Below are positions 1-8,076 of a stretch of DNA of 37,461 nt, piece after piece. This DNA comes from Chlorobiota bacterium (GTDB lineage: Bacteria > Bacteroidota > Bacteroidia > Flavobacteriales > Flavobacteriaceae), in NCBI GenBank assembly GCA_013153655.1, contig JAADEB010000050.1, positions 1 through 37,461 of the forward strand, given 5' to 3'. The position numbers were made by a program, and so were the translations under genes. Positions within the stretch are counted from its first letter, which is position 1; each line of letters opens with the position of its first letter. Under the pieces are notes generated by a model. It searched no databases. It saw only the letters and a list, made by a program, of their open reading frames with translations, and was not told the origin of the DNA.

Positions 1-724
1 TACCGAAACCGCTATATAAATAAAGGTAAACCAAAACGCGTTCGAAAATATGACAGGTGGGCAAAAAACTGATTACCCGGGTGGGACGGGGCAATGCCGG
101 CACCCGCTTAACGGCAGAAAGCACCGTGCTGACTATGTTGCGGTGACTGAGCATCACGCCCTTGGGACGGCCCGTGGTACCCGAAGTGTAGATAATGGTG
201 GCCAAATCGTCTTCGGAAATGCTTGCTTTGATTTTTTCCAATTCATCCTGATTGGATTTATCCGCGCCCAAATCCAGCACTTCCTGCCAATTTTTGGCAC
301 CTTCCACGCGATCGAAGGTGTAAACTTCCTTCAAGGTGGGCACCTTATCTTTGATTTGCATCACTTTTTGATAGAGTTCTTCATCGCCCACAAAGGCATA
401 TTGAATCTCGGCATGATTGAAAATATATTCGTAATCTTCGGCCGAAATGGTGGGATAAATGGGAATATCCTGAGCCCCTACTTGCAAAATACCCAAATCC
501 ATGGCCGACCATTCGGTGCGGTTTTGATGGGCTATAAGAGCGATTTTATCATCTTTTTTAACCCCCAAGCGTAGAAGGCCACGCGAAATTTGCTGAACCA
601 AATCATAAAGTTCTTTGGTGGATGTGGGTTTCCATTCGCCCCCGTACTTGGTAACCATGGCATCGGGAATAGGCTTTTTCTCCAATTGATAAGGAACAAA
701 GTCAAACAGTCTTTTTATTTCCAT
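1..724 (-). CDS. long-chain-fatty-acid--CoA ligase / AMP-dependent synthetase (N-terminal part, runs off left edge)
   Basis: Hand translation of the minus strand from the ATG (complement of 722-724) gives MEIKRLFDFVPYQLEKKPIPDAMVTKYGGEWKP...IALIAHQNRTEWSAMDLGILQVGAQDIPIYPTISAEDYEYIF. It contains the AMP-binding signature IIYTSGTTGRPKGVMLSH (about 170-225). It is missing from the ORF track only because no stop lies in the window. The plus-strand ORF 50-574 is its antisense shadow. Confidence 0.85.
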   Translation of the reverse strand, partial: MEIKRLFDFVPYQLEKKPIPDAMVTKYGGEWKPTSTKELYDLVQQISRGLLRLGVKKDDKIALIAHQNRTEWSAMDLGILQVGAQDIPIYPTISAEDYEYIFNHAEIQYAFVGDEELYQKVMQIKDKVPTLKEVYTFDRVEGAKNWQEVLDLGADKSNQDELEKIKASISEDDLATIIYTSGTTGRPKGVMLSHRNIVSTVLSAVKRVPALPRPTRVISFLPTCHIFERVLVYLYLYSGFG

Positions 725-1132
725 ATTACATTCTTTTAAAAATCGAGCTTAAAAATAATCATTTTTTCCGTAACCGCAGGCGACCCGGTGCGTTTTAAGA
801 TAAAATCAGGCTCAACTATTATTAAATTTTCAATAAAGTTCTTTATTGAATAAATATTTATCAAAATTCTACTTCTATTTACCCGGTAAAATACATATAT
901 CAAAATCACCAAACCCGGTTGCCATTCCTTAATAATGATGCCTAACCCATTATAAACAACCATGGAAAGGCCAAATGAATCATAATGCCGCCATGGACTT
1001 CTCATAAACAAAAATGGCATTCAGCATAGCTTCGCTTCCGTTTTTAATGTCTTTTGCAAAGGCGCCATATGGAAATAAAAATATTTGGTACGATTTTTTC
1101 TCTTATCTTTATATCGCAAAAAACAACATGTT

Positions 1133-1570
1133 ATGAAAAAACTACTCTTCCTCCTTATCGCTTTTGCAACGGCTTCGTTCACCTTGCATGCGCAAGATCA
1201 AATCGTAGGCCGTTGGAAAACCATCGATGACGAAACCGGCAAAGCCAAATCCATCATCGAGATTTACAAAAAAGACGGCAAATACTACGGCCGTATCGTT
1301 CAATTGCTTACCGAAGAAAACAAGGACGGTGTTTGCCGAACCTGCGAAGGAAAGTACAAAAACAAAAATATCATCGGCCTGGTAATCCTCAAAGACCTGG
1401 AATACGATGCCGATGATGAAGAATGGACCGGCGGCACCATCATGGACCCCAAAAACGCCAAAGAATACAGTGTGTACCTGGCCCTGGTGGAACCCAACAA
1501 ACTGAAAGTGCGCGGCTATATCGGCTTTTCGCTTATCGGCCGTACGCAATATTGGTATCGCGTGGAATAG
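1133..1570 (+). CDS. secreted DUF2147-family protein
   Basis: The ATG at 1133 gives the signal peptide MKKLLFLLIAFATASFTLHAQ, followed by QIVGRWKTIDDETGKAKSIIEIYKKDGKYYGRIV and GGTIMDPKNAKEY...KLKVRGY, a pattern typical of DUF2147. The track start at 1085 is a TTG extension. A near-consensus -7 box, TATCTTTA, lies at 1104-1111. Confidence 0.8.
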   Translation: MKKLLFLLIAFATASFTLHAQDQIVGRWKTIDDETGKAKSIIEIYKKDGKYYGRIVQLLTEENKDGVCRTCEGKYKNKNIIGLVILKDLEYDADDEEWTGGTIMDPKNAKEYSVYLALVEPNKLKVRGYIGFSLIGRTQYWYRVE

Positions 1571-1576
1571 CAGGAT

Positions 1577-1622
1577 GTTGGGAGTTGGGATTTAGGATTT
1601 GGGTATTGGGATTTGGGATTTT
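1577..1622 (+). repeat. degenerate heptamer tandem array (T/G)TTGGGA x about 6, with five GGG tracts
   Basis: The sequence reads GTTGGGA GTTGGGA TTTAGGA TTTGGGTA TTGGGA TTTGGGA TTTT and begins 7 nt after the DUF2147 stop. GGG tracts lie at 1580-82, 1587-89, 1601-03, 1608-10 and 1615-17. Confidence 0.7.
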
Positions 1623-1795
1623 CCACAATGGATTCTCTTAAATAGTTGTTTTACCTGTTGGAGGATTTCCAAGCAGTAATTCAACACGTAAATTCTCTCT
1701 CCTTCCCGAATGAATAGCCGGATTCGCCTAGATCATCTTTATCCGGATTCCGGATAGCTTCGCCCGGACAACATAAAAAAAATATACCGATTATT

Positions 1796-1825
1796 AACCG
1801 TCCTTTACGGGACGGTTTTTTATTT
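1796..1825 (+). terminator. Rho-independent terminator
   Basis: The stem AACCGTCC (1796-1803) pairs with GGACGGTT (1810-1817) around a 6-nt loop and is followed by TTTTTTATTTT. It lies 226 nt downstream of the DUF2147 stop and upstream of the mraZ promoter. Confidence 0.8.
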
Positions 1826-1883
1826 TACAACAATTTACTGATTATCAACATCATAAAGTCACTTAAAAAAGTTTTCAACAATG

Positions 1884-1913
1884 AATGGTAAAAAATGGTA
1901 AAAAATGGGATTT
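1884..1913 (+). promoter_or_regulatory. candidate MraZ operator: three direct repeats with 10-bp period
   Basis: AATGGTAAAA / AATGGTAAAA / AATGGGATTT are exact 10-nt phased repeats (pentamer plus 5-nt spacer). They end 6 nt before the -7 box and 35 nt before the mraZ ATG. Confidence 0.55.
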
Positions 1914-1918
1914 TTACT

Positions 1919-1926
1919 TAACTTTG
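1919..1926 (+). promoter_or_regulatory. Bacteroidota-type -7 promoter box (TAnnTTTG) for mraZ/dcw operon
   Basis: TAACTTTG matches TAnnTTTG exactly and lies 22 nt upstream of the mraZ ATG at 1948. Confidence 0.5.
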
Positions 1927-1947
1927 AAGTCGGAATAGCATTCCCGG

Positions 1948-2403
1948 ATGAAAATACTCATAGGCACATATCAAGCCAAGCTCGACGGACACGGTCGTGT
2001 GATGATCCCCAAGGGGTTGCGCGACCAGTTGAAGGATATCGAAGACGAGGGATTCGTGCTTCGGCGTGCCACTTTTTTTGACAACTTGGAACTGCATCCG
2101 CGCAAGGAATGGGAAAGATGGATGGAAGAGCTTTTGAAGAAACCCAAAACCTCGCGCGACAAAGTTAAACTCATTTCCCTTATCAACGCCGGCGCCAGGC
2201 TGGTGAAACTGGACGGAAACGGTCGCCTCCAATTACCCAAAGACCTGATCAAGCAGATGGGTATGAGCAAAGAGGTGGTAATCGCATCCGAAGGCAATAT
2301 CCTCCAAATTTGGGACAAGGATGCCTACGAACGTTTCTGGGAAGAAAACAAGGAGGAATTCCCCGATTTGATGGAACGTTTATTGGACGACAGTGACGAA
2401 TAA
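1948..2403 (+). CDS. mraZ: transcriptional regulator MraZ
   Basis: The 151-aa product carries the duplicated MraZ/SpoVT-AbrB motif (LDGHGRVMIPKGLR and LDGNGRLQLPKDL). It is the first gene of the dcw cluster. Confidence 0.95.
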   Translation: MKILIGTYQAKLDGHGRVMIPKGLRDQLKDIEDEGFVLRRATFFDNLELHPRKEWERWMEELLKKPKTSRDKVKLISLINAGARLVKLDGNGRLQLPKDLIKQMGMSKEVVIASEGNILQIWDKDAYERFWEENKEEFPDLMERLLDDSDE

Positions 2404-3322
2404 AAATACCACATATCACACGCCGGTATTGCTTAGCGAAAGCATCGAAGCCTTAAACATCCGGCCGGACGGCGTTTATGTGGACGCCACCTTCGGCGGG
2501 GGTGGACATAGCCGTGCCATTCTGGAACGTTTGGGTCCGGAGGGCCGTCTGCTGGCTTTCGACCGCGACGAAGATGCCGCCACCAACAACATCGACGACC
2601 CGCGTTTCACCCTCATTCAGGCCGATTACGGCTATCTGAAAAATTACCTGCGTGCCCACGGCATTCGCCAAATCGACGGCTTGCTGGCCGACCTGGGTGT
2701 TTCGTCACATCAATTCGACACGGCCGAACGCGGATTCAGCACCCGCTTCGAAGGTCCGCTGGATATGCGCATGGACCGCACGCAAGAACTTACGGCCGAA
2801 CGCGTGGTGAATGAATACGGAGAAGAAGAATTGGCCCGCTTGTTTCGCCAATACGGCGAGCTGAAAAACGCCCGTTCGCTGGCCGCCGCCATTGTGCGCC
2901 ACCGTACCGAACGTCCCATTCGCACCACTGCGGCCCTGGCCGAAGCCGTTAAAGCGCATATGCCCGCCAAAAAACGAAATAAAATGATGGCGCAACTTTT
3001 CCAAGCCCTGCGCATCGAAGTAAACGGTGAATTGGAAAGCCTGAAACGATTGTTGGAACAAGCGGCACAAGTAATCCGTCCGGGAGGCAGACTGGCGGTC
3101 ATTACCTATCATTCCCTGGAAGACCGCTTGATGAAATATTTTATCCGAAGCGGCAATTTCGAGGACAAAATCGAAAAGGATTTCTACGGGAACTACCAAA
3201 CACCCTTCCGCAAAACAGGCAAACCCATAGTGCCCACGCCGGAAGAAATCGAAACGAATCCACGTGCAAGGAGTGCCAAATTGCGAATAGCCGAACGAAC
3301 CGAACATCCTTACAAACCGTAA
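2393..3322 (+). CDS. rsmH: 16S rRNA (cytosine1402-N4)-methyltransferase RsmH
   Basis: The product reads YHTPVLLSESIEAL...DATFGGGGHS...DLGVSSHQFD...SLEDR. The GTG start at 2393 overlaps the mraZ stop by 11 nt, and there is no in-frame ATG before the conserved HxPVL. Confidence 0.95.
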   Translation: MTNKNTTYHTPVLLSESIEALNIRPDGVYVDATFGGGGHSRAILERLGPEGRLLAFDRDEDAATNNIDDPRFTLIQADYGYLKNYLRAHGIRQIDGLLADLGVSSHQFDTAERGFSTRFEGPLDMRMDRTQELTAERVVNEYGEEELARLFRQYGELKNARSLAAAIVRHRTERPIRTTAALAEAVKAHMPAKKRNKMMAQLFQALRIEVNGELESLKRLLEQAAQVIRPGGRLAVITYHSLEDRLMKYFIRSGNFEDKIEKDFYGNYQTPFRKTGKPIVPTPEEIETNPRARSAKLRIAERTEHPYKP

Positions 3323-3324
3323 AA

Positions 3325-3636
3325 ATGAGATGGATCGTAGGCATATTGAGCATGGAGTGGTTCAGCGGCAAAAACGCCAAGCGAAATTGGAGCATTGCCC
3401 TGGCCGTGTTGCTTTACAGCATGTTCAGCATTTGGCTGGCACACCTGGGCGAACAAAAAGCCCGTGAATTGGCTCGCCTGAAAAAAGAAAACCGCAGGCT
3501 GAAAGCCGAATATGTGGAAACCAAAAAACTGCTAATGCAAGACCAATTGAGGTCTAATATTTACGAAAAACTGCGCGACAGGCAATTTGTGATCCCCAAG
3601 CGTCCGCCCCATATGATCGAAGTGAAAGAAAAATGA
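3325..3636 (+). CDS. ftsL: FtsL-like cell division protein (small bitopic membrane/coiled-coil protein)
   Basis: The 103-aa product has one hydrophobic helix (WSIALAVLLYSMFSIWLAHL) followed by a charged coiled-coil segment. It occupies the conserved slot between rsmH and ftsI, and its stop overlaps the ftsI ATG (ATGA). Confidence 0.7.
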   Translation: MRWIVGILSMEWFSGKNAKRNWSIALAVLLYSMFSIWLAHLGEQKARELARLKKENRRLKAEYVETKKLLMQDQLRSNIYEKLRDRQFVIPKRPPHMIEVKEK

Positions 3637-5384
3637 AAAAGAACGCGGCACGACATATCGACCAATGGAACTTGCTGTTGCATGCCCTGCTGGTTTTGTG
3701 GGGTGCGGCCATTGTGGTCAAACTGATTTACGTGCAATTTATCGACGGCAATCATTATCGCCAATTGGCACAGCGCTACATTCGGACGGTAAAAATCAAG
3801 GCCGGACGCGGGAATATTTTTACCCATGACGACAAGCTTTTGGCCGTTTCGGTAACCAAATACGACATCTATTTCGATGCCGTGGCACCGGTTGATAAAG
3901 TTTTTTACGGCGAAATCGATGCTTTGGCACGTAGCTTGGCCCGTTACACGTCAAAGCCTGCTTCGGAATGGAAAAGAAAACTGACCGAAGCGCGTAAAAA
4001 GGGACGCCGCTACGTGGCCATTGCCAAAGGATTGACCTTGCAGGATTACGAGAAGTTCAAAAAATTCCCCGTGTTCAAACACGGCCAGTTCAAAGGCGGG
4101 TTTATCACCGAGATCCGCACCATGCGCGAATATCCTTTCGGCGGCATGCTTCGCCGGACCATCGGCGTGGCATCCAACGGCCGAAAATACGGACTGGAAG
4201 GCGCCTACGACAAAATCCTTACCGGCACCGACGGCGAACGCCTGATGCAAAAAATCGGCGGTGGTACCTGGAAACCCGTGAATAATTTTAACGAAAAGGA
4301 ACCTGTACCCGGTAAGGACTTGGTCAGCACCATCGACATGCGGTTCCAGGATATTGCCTATCATGCATTGCTTACGCAACTGATGAACTACCGCGCCGAC
4401 CACGGAACGGTGGTAATCATGGAAACCGCCACGGGCAAAATCCGCGCCATGGTCAACCTGGGACGCACTTCCGGCGGTCATTATTTCGAAAAAATCAATT
4501 ATGCCGTGGCCGAACGCTACGAACCGGGATCCATCTTCAAGGCCTTTACCTTCCTCACCCTGCTGGAAGACGGCTATATCAAACCCGGCGATAAAATCCA
4601 CCTGGAAAGCAGTCGCTGGAAATACCTGGACCGCATCATCTCCGACGCGCATACTTTTCATAATATCGATTATACCATGGAAGAGGCCTTTGCCCACAGT
4701 TCCAACATCGCCACCGTGCAACTGACGGACAAATACTACGCCCGCCATCCGAAAAAATACGTGCAAGGCTTGGAACAACTGGGTATCGACAAAAAAACGG
4801 GAATCCGTCTGACCGGAGAAGCGGAACCCGTCTTTCCTCATCCGGGAGACAAAACCTGGAAGGGTTACAAACTGGGTATGATGTCGTTCGGTTACGGAGT
4901 GGAACTCACACCGCTACAAATCCTTACGGCCTACAACAGCATCGCCAACGGTGGCAAACGCCTGCGTCCCCTACTGGCCGAAAGCGTCAAGGAAGGACTG
5001 AAAACCGTAGAAACCTTTAAGCCGGAAGTGACCGATGCTTCGGTAGCCGATCCGGAAAACCTGGCAATCATTCGCCGCTTCATGCGCAAAGTGGTTACCG
5101 GCGGAACGGCCCGAAACGTGAATTCGCCTTATGTGGAGATTGCCGGAAAAACCGGTACCACCCAAACGGAATACTGGACGGGCAACACGCAATATATCGC
5201 TTCCTTTGCGGGCTTTTTTCCCTATGAAAAACCCTTGTACAGCATGATTGTGGTGATTCACAAACCCGACAAAAGCATCGGTTACTACGGCAACACCGTG
5301 GCGGGAACCGTCTTCCGCGAAATTGCCGAACAAATTATGGGTTTCACGCCCGACACCATCCAAATGGCTTTGAACGAAAAATGA
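3633..5384 (+). CDS. ftsI: penicillin-binding protein 3 / peptidoglycan D,D-transpeptidase FtsI
   Basis: The 583-aa product has an N-terminal TM helix and the class B PBP motifs SIFK (SxxK), SSN (SxN) and KTGTT (KTG). Confidence 0.93.
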   Translation: MKKNAARHIDQWNLLLHALLVLWGAAIVVKLIYVQFIDGNHYRQLAQRYIRTVKIKAGRGNIFTHDDKLLAVSVTKYDIYFDAVAPVDKVFYGEIDALARSLARYTSKPASEWKRKLTEARKKGRRYVAIAKGLTLQDYEKFKKFPVFKHGQFKGGFITEIRTMREYPFGGMLRRTIGVASNGRKYGLEGAYDKILTGTDGERLMQKIGGGTWKPVNNFNEKEPVPGKDLVSTIDMRFQDIAYHALLTQLMNYRADHGTVVIMETATGKIRAMVNLGRTSGGHYFEKINYAVAERYEPGSIFKAFTFLTLLEDGYIKPGDKIHLESSRWKYLDRIISDAHTFHNIDYTMEEAFAHSSNIATVQLTDKYYARHPKKYVQGLEQLGIDKKTGIRLTGEAEPVFPHPGDKTWKGYKLGMMSFGYGVELTPLQILTAYNSIANGGKRLRPLLAESVKEGLKTVETFKPEVTDASVADPENLAIIRRFMRKVVTGGTARNVNSPYVEIAGKTGTTQTEYWTGNTQYIASFAGFFPYEKPLYSMIVVIHKPDKSIGYYGNTVAGTVFREIAEQIMGFTPDTIQMALNEK

Positions 5385-6850
5385 AAACATACAGCGTAGC
5401 ACATATTATTCCGCTCTTGCAACCTTTGTCGGTTAAAGGCGACAAAGATCAAGCGTTTACGGGAATTCGCGACAATTCCCGCCAAACGGAAGCCGGCGAT
5501 TTGTTTGTGGCCGTGAAGGGCGCTCTCAGCGACGGACACCGCTACATCGGAGATGCCGTAAAACGCGGCGCTTCGGTGGTGGTGGCCGAACAAGAGGTCC
5601 CGGATTATCCGGGTATTACGGTCATCCGGGTAAAGGATTCGCAACTGGCGCGACGCCAATTGGCTCAATGGTTTTACGGCCGTCCCGACCGGGAACTCCA
5701 TATCACCGGCATAACGGGCACCAACGGCAAAACCACCGTTGCCACGCTACTTTTCGACCTGTTTGAATCCTTGGGATATCCTTCGGGATTAATTTCCACG
5801 GTGGAAATCCGCATGCATGACACCTATTTGCCCGCTTCCAACACCACGCCTGGCATTTTGGAGCTTTACCGCCTATTGCGCCAAATGGCCGACAGTGGCA
5901 TAGAACACGTATTTATGGAAATCAGTTCCCACGGCATCGATCAAGGACGCATCGAAGGCATCCGCTTCGGCGGCGGTATCTTCACCAATCTCAGCCGCGA
6001 TCATTTGGATTACCATAAGGATATGACCGAATATCGCGACACCAAGAAGAAATTTTTCGATATGTTGCCCGAAGAGGCCTTTGCCCTTACCAATGCCGAC
6101 GACCGCAACGGCTTGTTTATGCTTCAAAACACACGGGCGCGCAAAAAAACTTATGCCATTTTAAGACCGGCGGATTACAAGGCTTCCATACTGGAACAAA
6201 GCATCAACGGCATGCTCATGAGCATCAACGGCCGCCAATTCTACACCCCCATGACCGGCACTTACAATGCCTATAACCTTACGGCCGCCTACGGTGCCGC
6301 CCGCGAATGGGGATTGGAACCCGAGGAAATCCTTACGGCACTGAGCCGCCTCCGCGGCGCACCGGGACGCATGGAACGCATAACGGCTCACGATGGGAAA
6401 ACCGCCATAGTGGATTATGCCCATACCCCCGATGCCTTGGAAAACGTGCTCAAAACCCTGCGAAAAATATTGCCTCCGGGCAAACGCATCGTTACGGTGG
6501 TGGGAGCCGGCGGCAACCGCGATAAGGGGAAACGTCCCGTCATGGGCAAAACCGCCGCACTCCTAAGCGATTGGGTGATTCTCACTTCCGACAATCCGCG
6601 CGATGAAGATCCGCTGCAAATTCTTCGCGACATGACCGAAGGCATTCCGGAGGACCAGCAATTCAAAGTCATCACCATCCCCGATCGCGAACAGGCCATC
6701 AAAACCGGTATCATGTACATCGAGCCCGGTGATATCCTGTTGGTGGCAGGAAAAGGACACGAAGATTATCAAATCATCGGAAACGAAAAACGCCATTTTA
6801 GTGACAAGGAAACGATTATGAAATATTTTAACTCAACCCCTAACCGATAA
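5381..6850 (+). CDS. murE: UDP-N-acetylmuramoyl-L-alanyl-D-glutamate--2,6-diaminopimelate ligase
   Basis: The 489-aa product has the Mur ligase P-loop GTNGKT (nt 5717-5734) and the DNPR motif (TSDNPRDEDP) typical of meso-DAP-adding MurE. Its position in the dcw cluster fits. Confidence 0.93.
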   Translation: MKTYSVAHIIPLLQPLSVKGDKDQAFTGIRDNSRQTEAGDLFVAVKGALSDGHRYIGDAVKRGASVVVAEQEVPDYPGITVIRVKDSQLARRQLAQWFYGRPDRELHITGITGTNGKTTVATLLFDLFESLGYPSGLISTVEIRMHDTYLPASNTTPGILELYRLLRQMADSGIEHVFMEISSHGIDQGRIEGIRFGGGIFTNLSRDHLDYHKDMTEYRDTKKKFFDMLPEEAFALTNADDRNGLFMLQNTRARKKTYAILRPADYKASILEQSINGMLMSINGRQFYTPMTGTYNAYNLTAAYGAAREWGLEPEEILTALSRLRGAPGRMERITAHDGKTAIVDYAHTPDALENVLKTLRKILPPGKRIVTVVGAGGNRDKGKRPVMGKTAALLSDWVILTSDNPRDEDPLQILRDMTEGIPEDQQFKVITIPDREQAIKTGIMYIEPGDILLVAGKGHEDYQIIGNEKRHFSDKETIMKYFNSTPNR

Positions 6851-6853
6851 ACC

Positions 6854-8074
6854 ATGTTATACCATCTGTTTCAATATCTCAGCGCACATTTCGATTTTCC
6901 GGGCGAATCGCTATTCCGGTTTATCACATTCCGTTCGGCCATGGCTTTCATTACGGCTTTTCTGTTGGGTATTTTATACGGAAAACGCATCATCGGATGG
7001 CTACGCCGCCGTCAATTGGGCGAAACCGTGCGCGATCTGGGACTGGAAGGCCAAAAAAGCAAAGAAGGCACCCCCACCATGGGCGGTATCATCATCATCG
7101 GCGCCACATTGATTTCCATCTTATTGTATAACGACTTAACCAACATTTATATCCAAATTCTGATCCTGAGCCTGATATGGATGGGCCTTATCGGTTTTAT
7201 CGACGATTATATCAAAACGATTAAAAAAGATAAAACGGGCTTGCGCGGCAAATTTAAAGTAATGGGGCAAGTGGGTCTGGGTTTGATCATCGCCACCCTG
7301 ATATTTTTTCATCCCGACATAACCATTCGCACGAAAAAACACGGCGTAAAAGTTCAATCCACCGAGTTTCGCGAAGCCTTCAATCCCCCCAGGAAAAGCC
7401 TGCAAACCACCCTTCCCTTCTTTAAGAACAACGAATTCAATTACAAATGGCTCTTGCCCGCTTCGTTGCGTGATAATCAATGGGCACAATGGTTGCTGTT
7501 TACCGTAGTGGTTATATTCATCATCACGGCCGTGTCCAACGGCACCAACCTGGCCGACGGCATCGACGGATTGGCGGCCGGCACATCGGCCATCAGCATA
7601 GGCGCACTGGCGGTGTTGGCCTGGCTTTCGGGCAACATGTTTTTTGCCAATTACCTGAATATCATGTACATCCCGCACGTAGGAGAAATATCGGTTTTTC
7701 TGAGTGCTTTTCTGGGGGCCATTTTGGCTTTTCTGTGGTTCAATGCTTATCCCGCTTCCGTTTTTATGGGCGACACGGGAAGCCTGACCATAGGGGCCAT
7801 TATTGCGGTGATTTCATTTTTCATACGCAAAGAATTATTGCTCCCGGTGCTGGGTGGTATTTTCCTGATCGAAGCCGCATCGGTGATTATTCAAACCCGT
7901 TATTTCAAATACACCAAAAAGAAATACGGCGAAGGACGTCGCGTATTCCTGATGGCGCCCATCCATCATCATTTCCAAAAATTGGGTTTACATGAAAATA
8001 AAATCGTCATACGTTTTTGGATTGTGGCCATGCTTTTGGCCGTGACCAGTATTGCTTTACTCAAAATCAAATAG
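6854..8074 (+). CDS. mraY: phospho-N-acetylmuramoyl-pentapeptide transferase
   Basis: The 406-aa polytopic membrane protein carries GTPTMGG, IGFIDDYIK, NGTNLADGIDGLA, VFMGDTGSL and APIHHHF motifs. Confidence 0.95.
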   Translation: MLYHLFQYLSAHFDFPGESLFRFITFRSAMAFITAFLLGILYGKRIIGWLRRRQLGETVRDLGLEGQKSKEGTPTMGGIIIIGATLISILLYNDLTNIYIQILILSLIWMGLIGFIDDYIKTIKKDKTGLRGKFKVMGQVGLGLIIATLIFFHPDITIRTKKHGVKVQSTEFREAFNPPRKSLQTTLPFFKNNEFNYKWLLPASLRDNQWAQWLLFTVVVIFIITAVSNGTNLADGIDGLAAGTSAISIGALAVLAWLSGNMFFANYLNIMYIPHVGEISVFLSAFLGAILAFLWFNAYPASVFMGDTGSLTIGAIIAVISFFIRKELLLPVLGGIFLIEAASVIIQTRYFKYTKKKYGEGRRVFLMAPIHHHFQKLGLHENKIVIRFWIVAMLLAVTSIALLKIK

Positions 8075-8076
8075 AC

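Noticed and set aside
50-574. 174-aa plus-strand ORF at the left edge
   Set aside because: It lies antisense to a clearly recognisable acyl-CoA ligase frame (AMP-binding signature on the minus strand). Its own translation is low-complexity with no motifs, so it is a shadow ORF.
736-1020. 94-aa minus-strand ORF in the AT-rich spacer upstream of the acyl-CoA ligase gene
   Set aside because: The composition is very AT-rich and the sequence is implausible (runs of I, N, K and F from AT-rich codons). I recognise no motif and found no consensus -7 box upstream. It is most likely non-coding promoter or regulatory DNA. A small membrane protein cannot be fully excluded.
8017-8076. Upstream extension of the MurD-like ORF to 8017 (track start)
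   Set aside because: It would overlap the last 58 nt of mraY and adds a non-homologous peptide (MDCGHAFGRDQYCFTQNQID). The ATG at 8077, 3 nt after the mraY stop, is the natural start. The extension does not restore any missing MurD domain.
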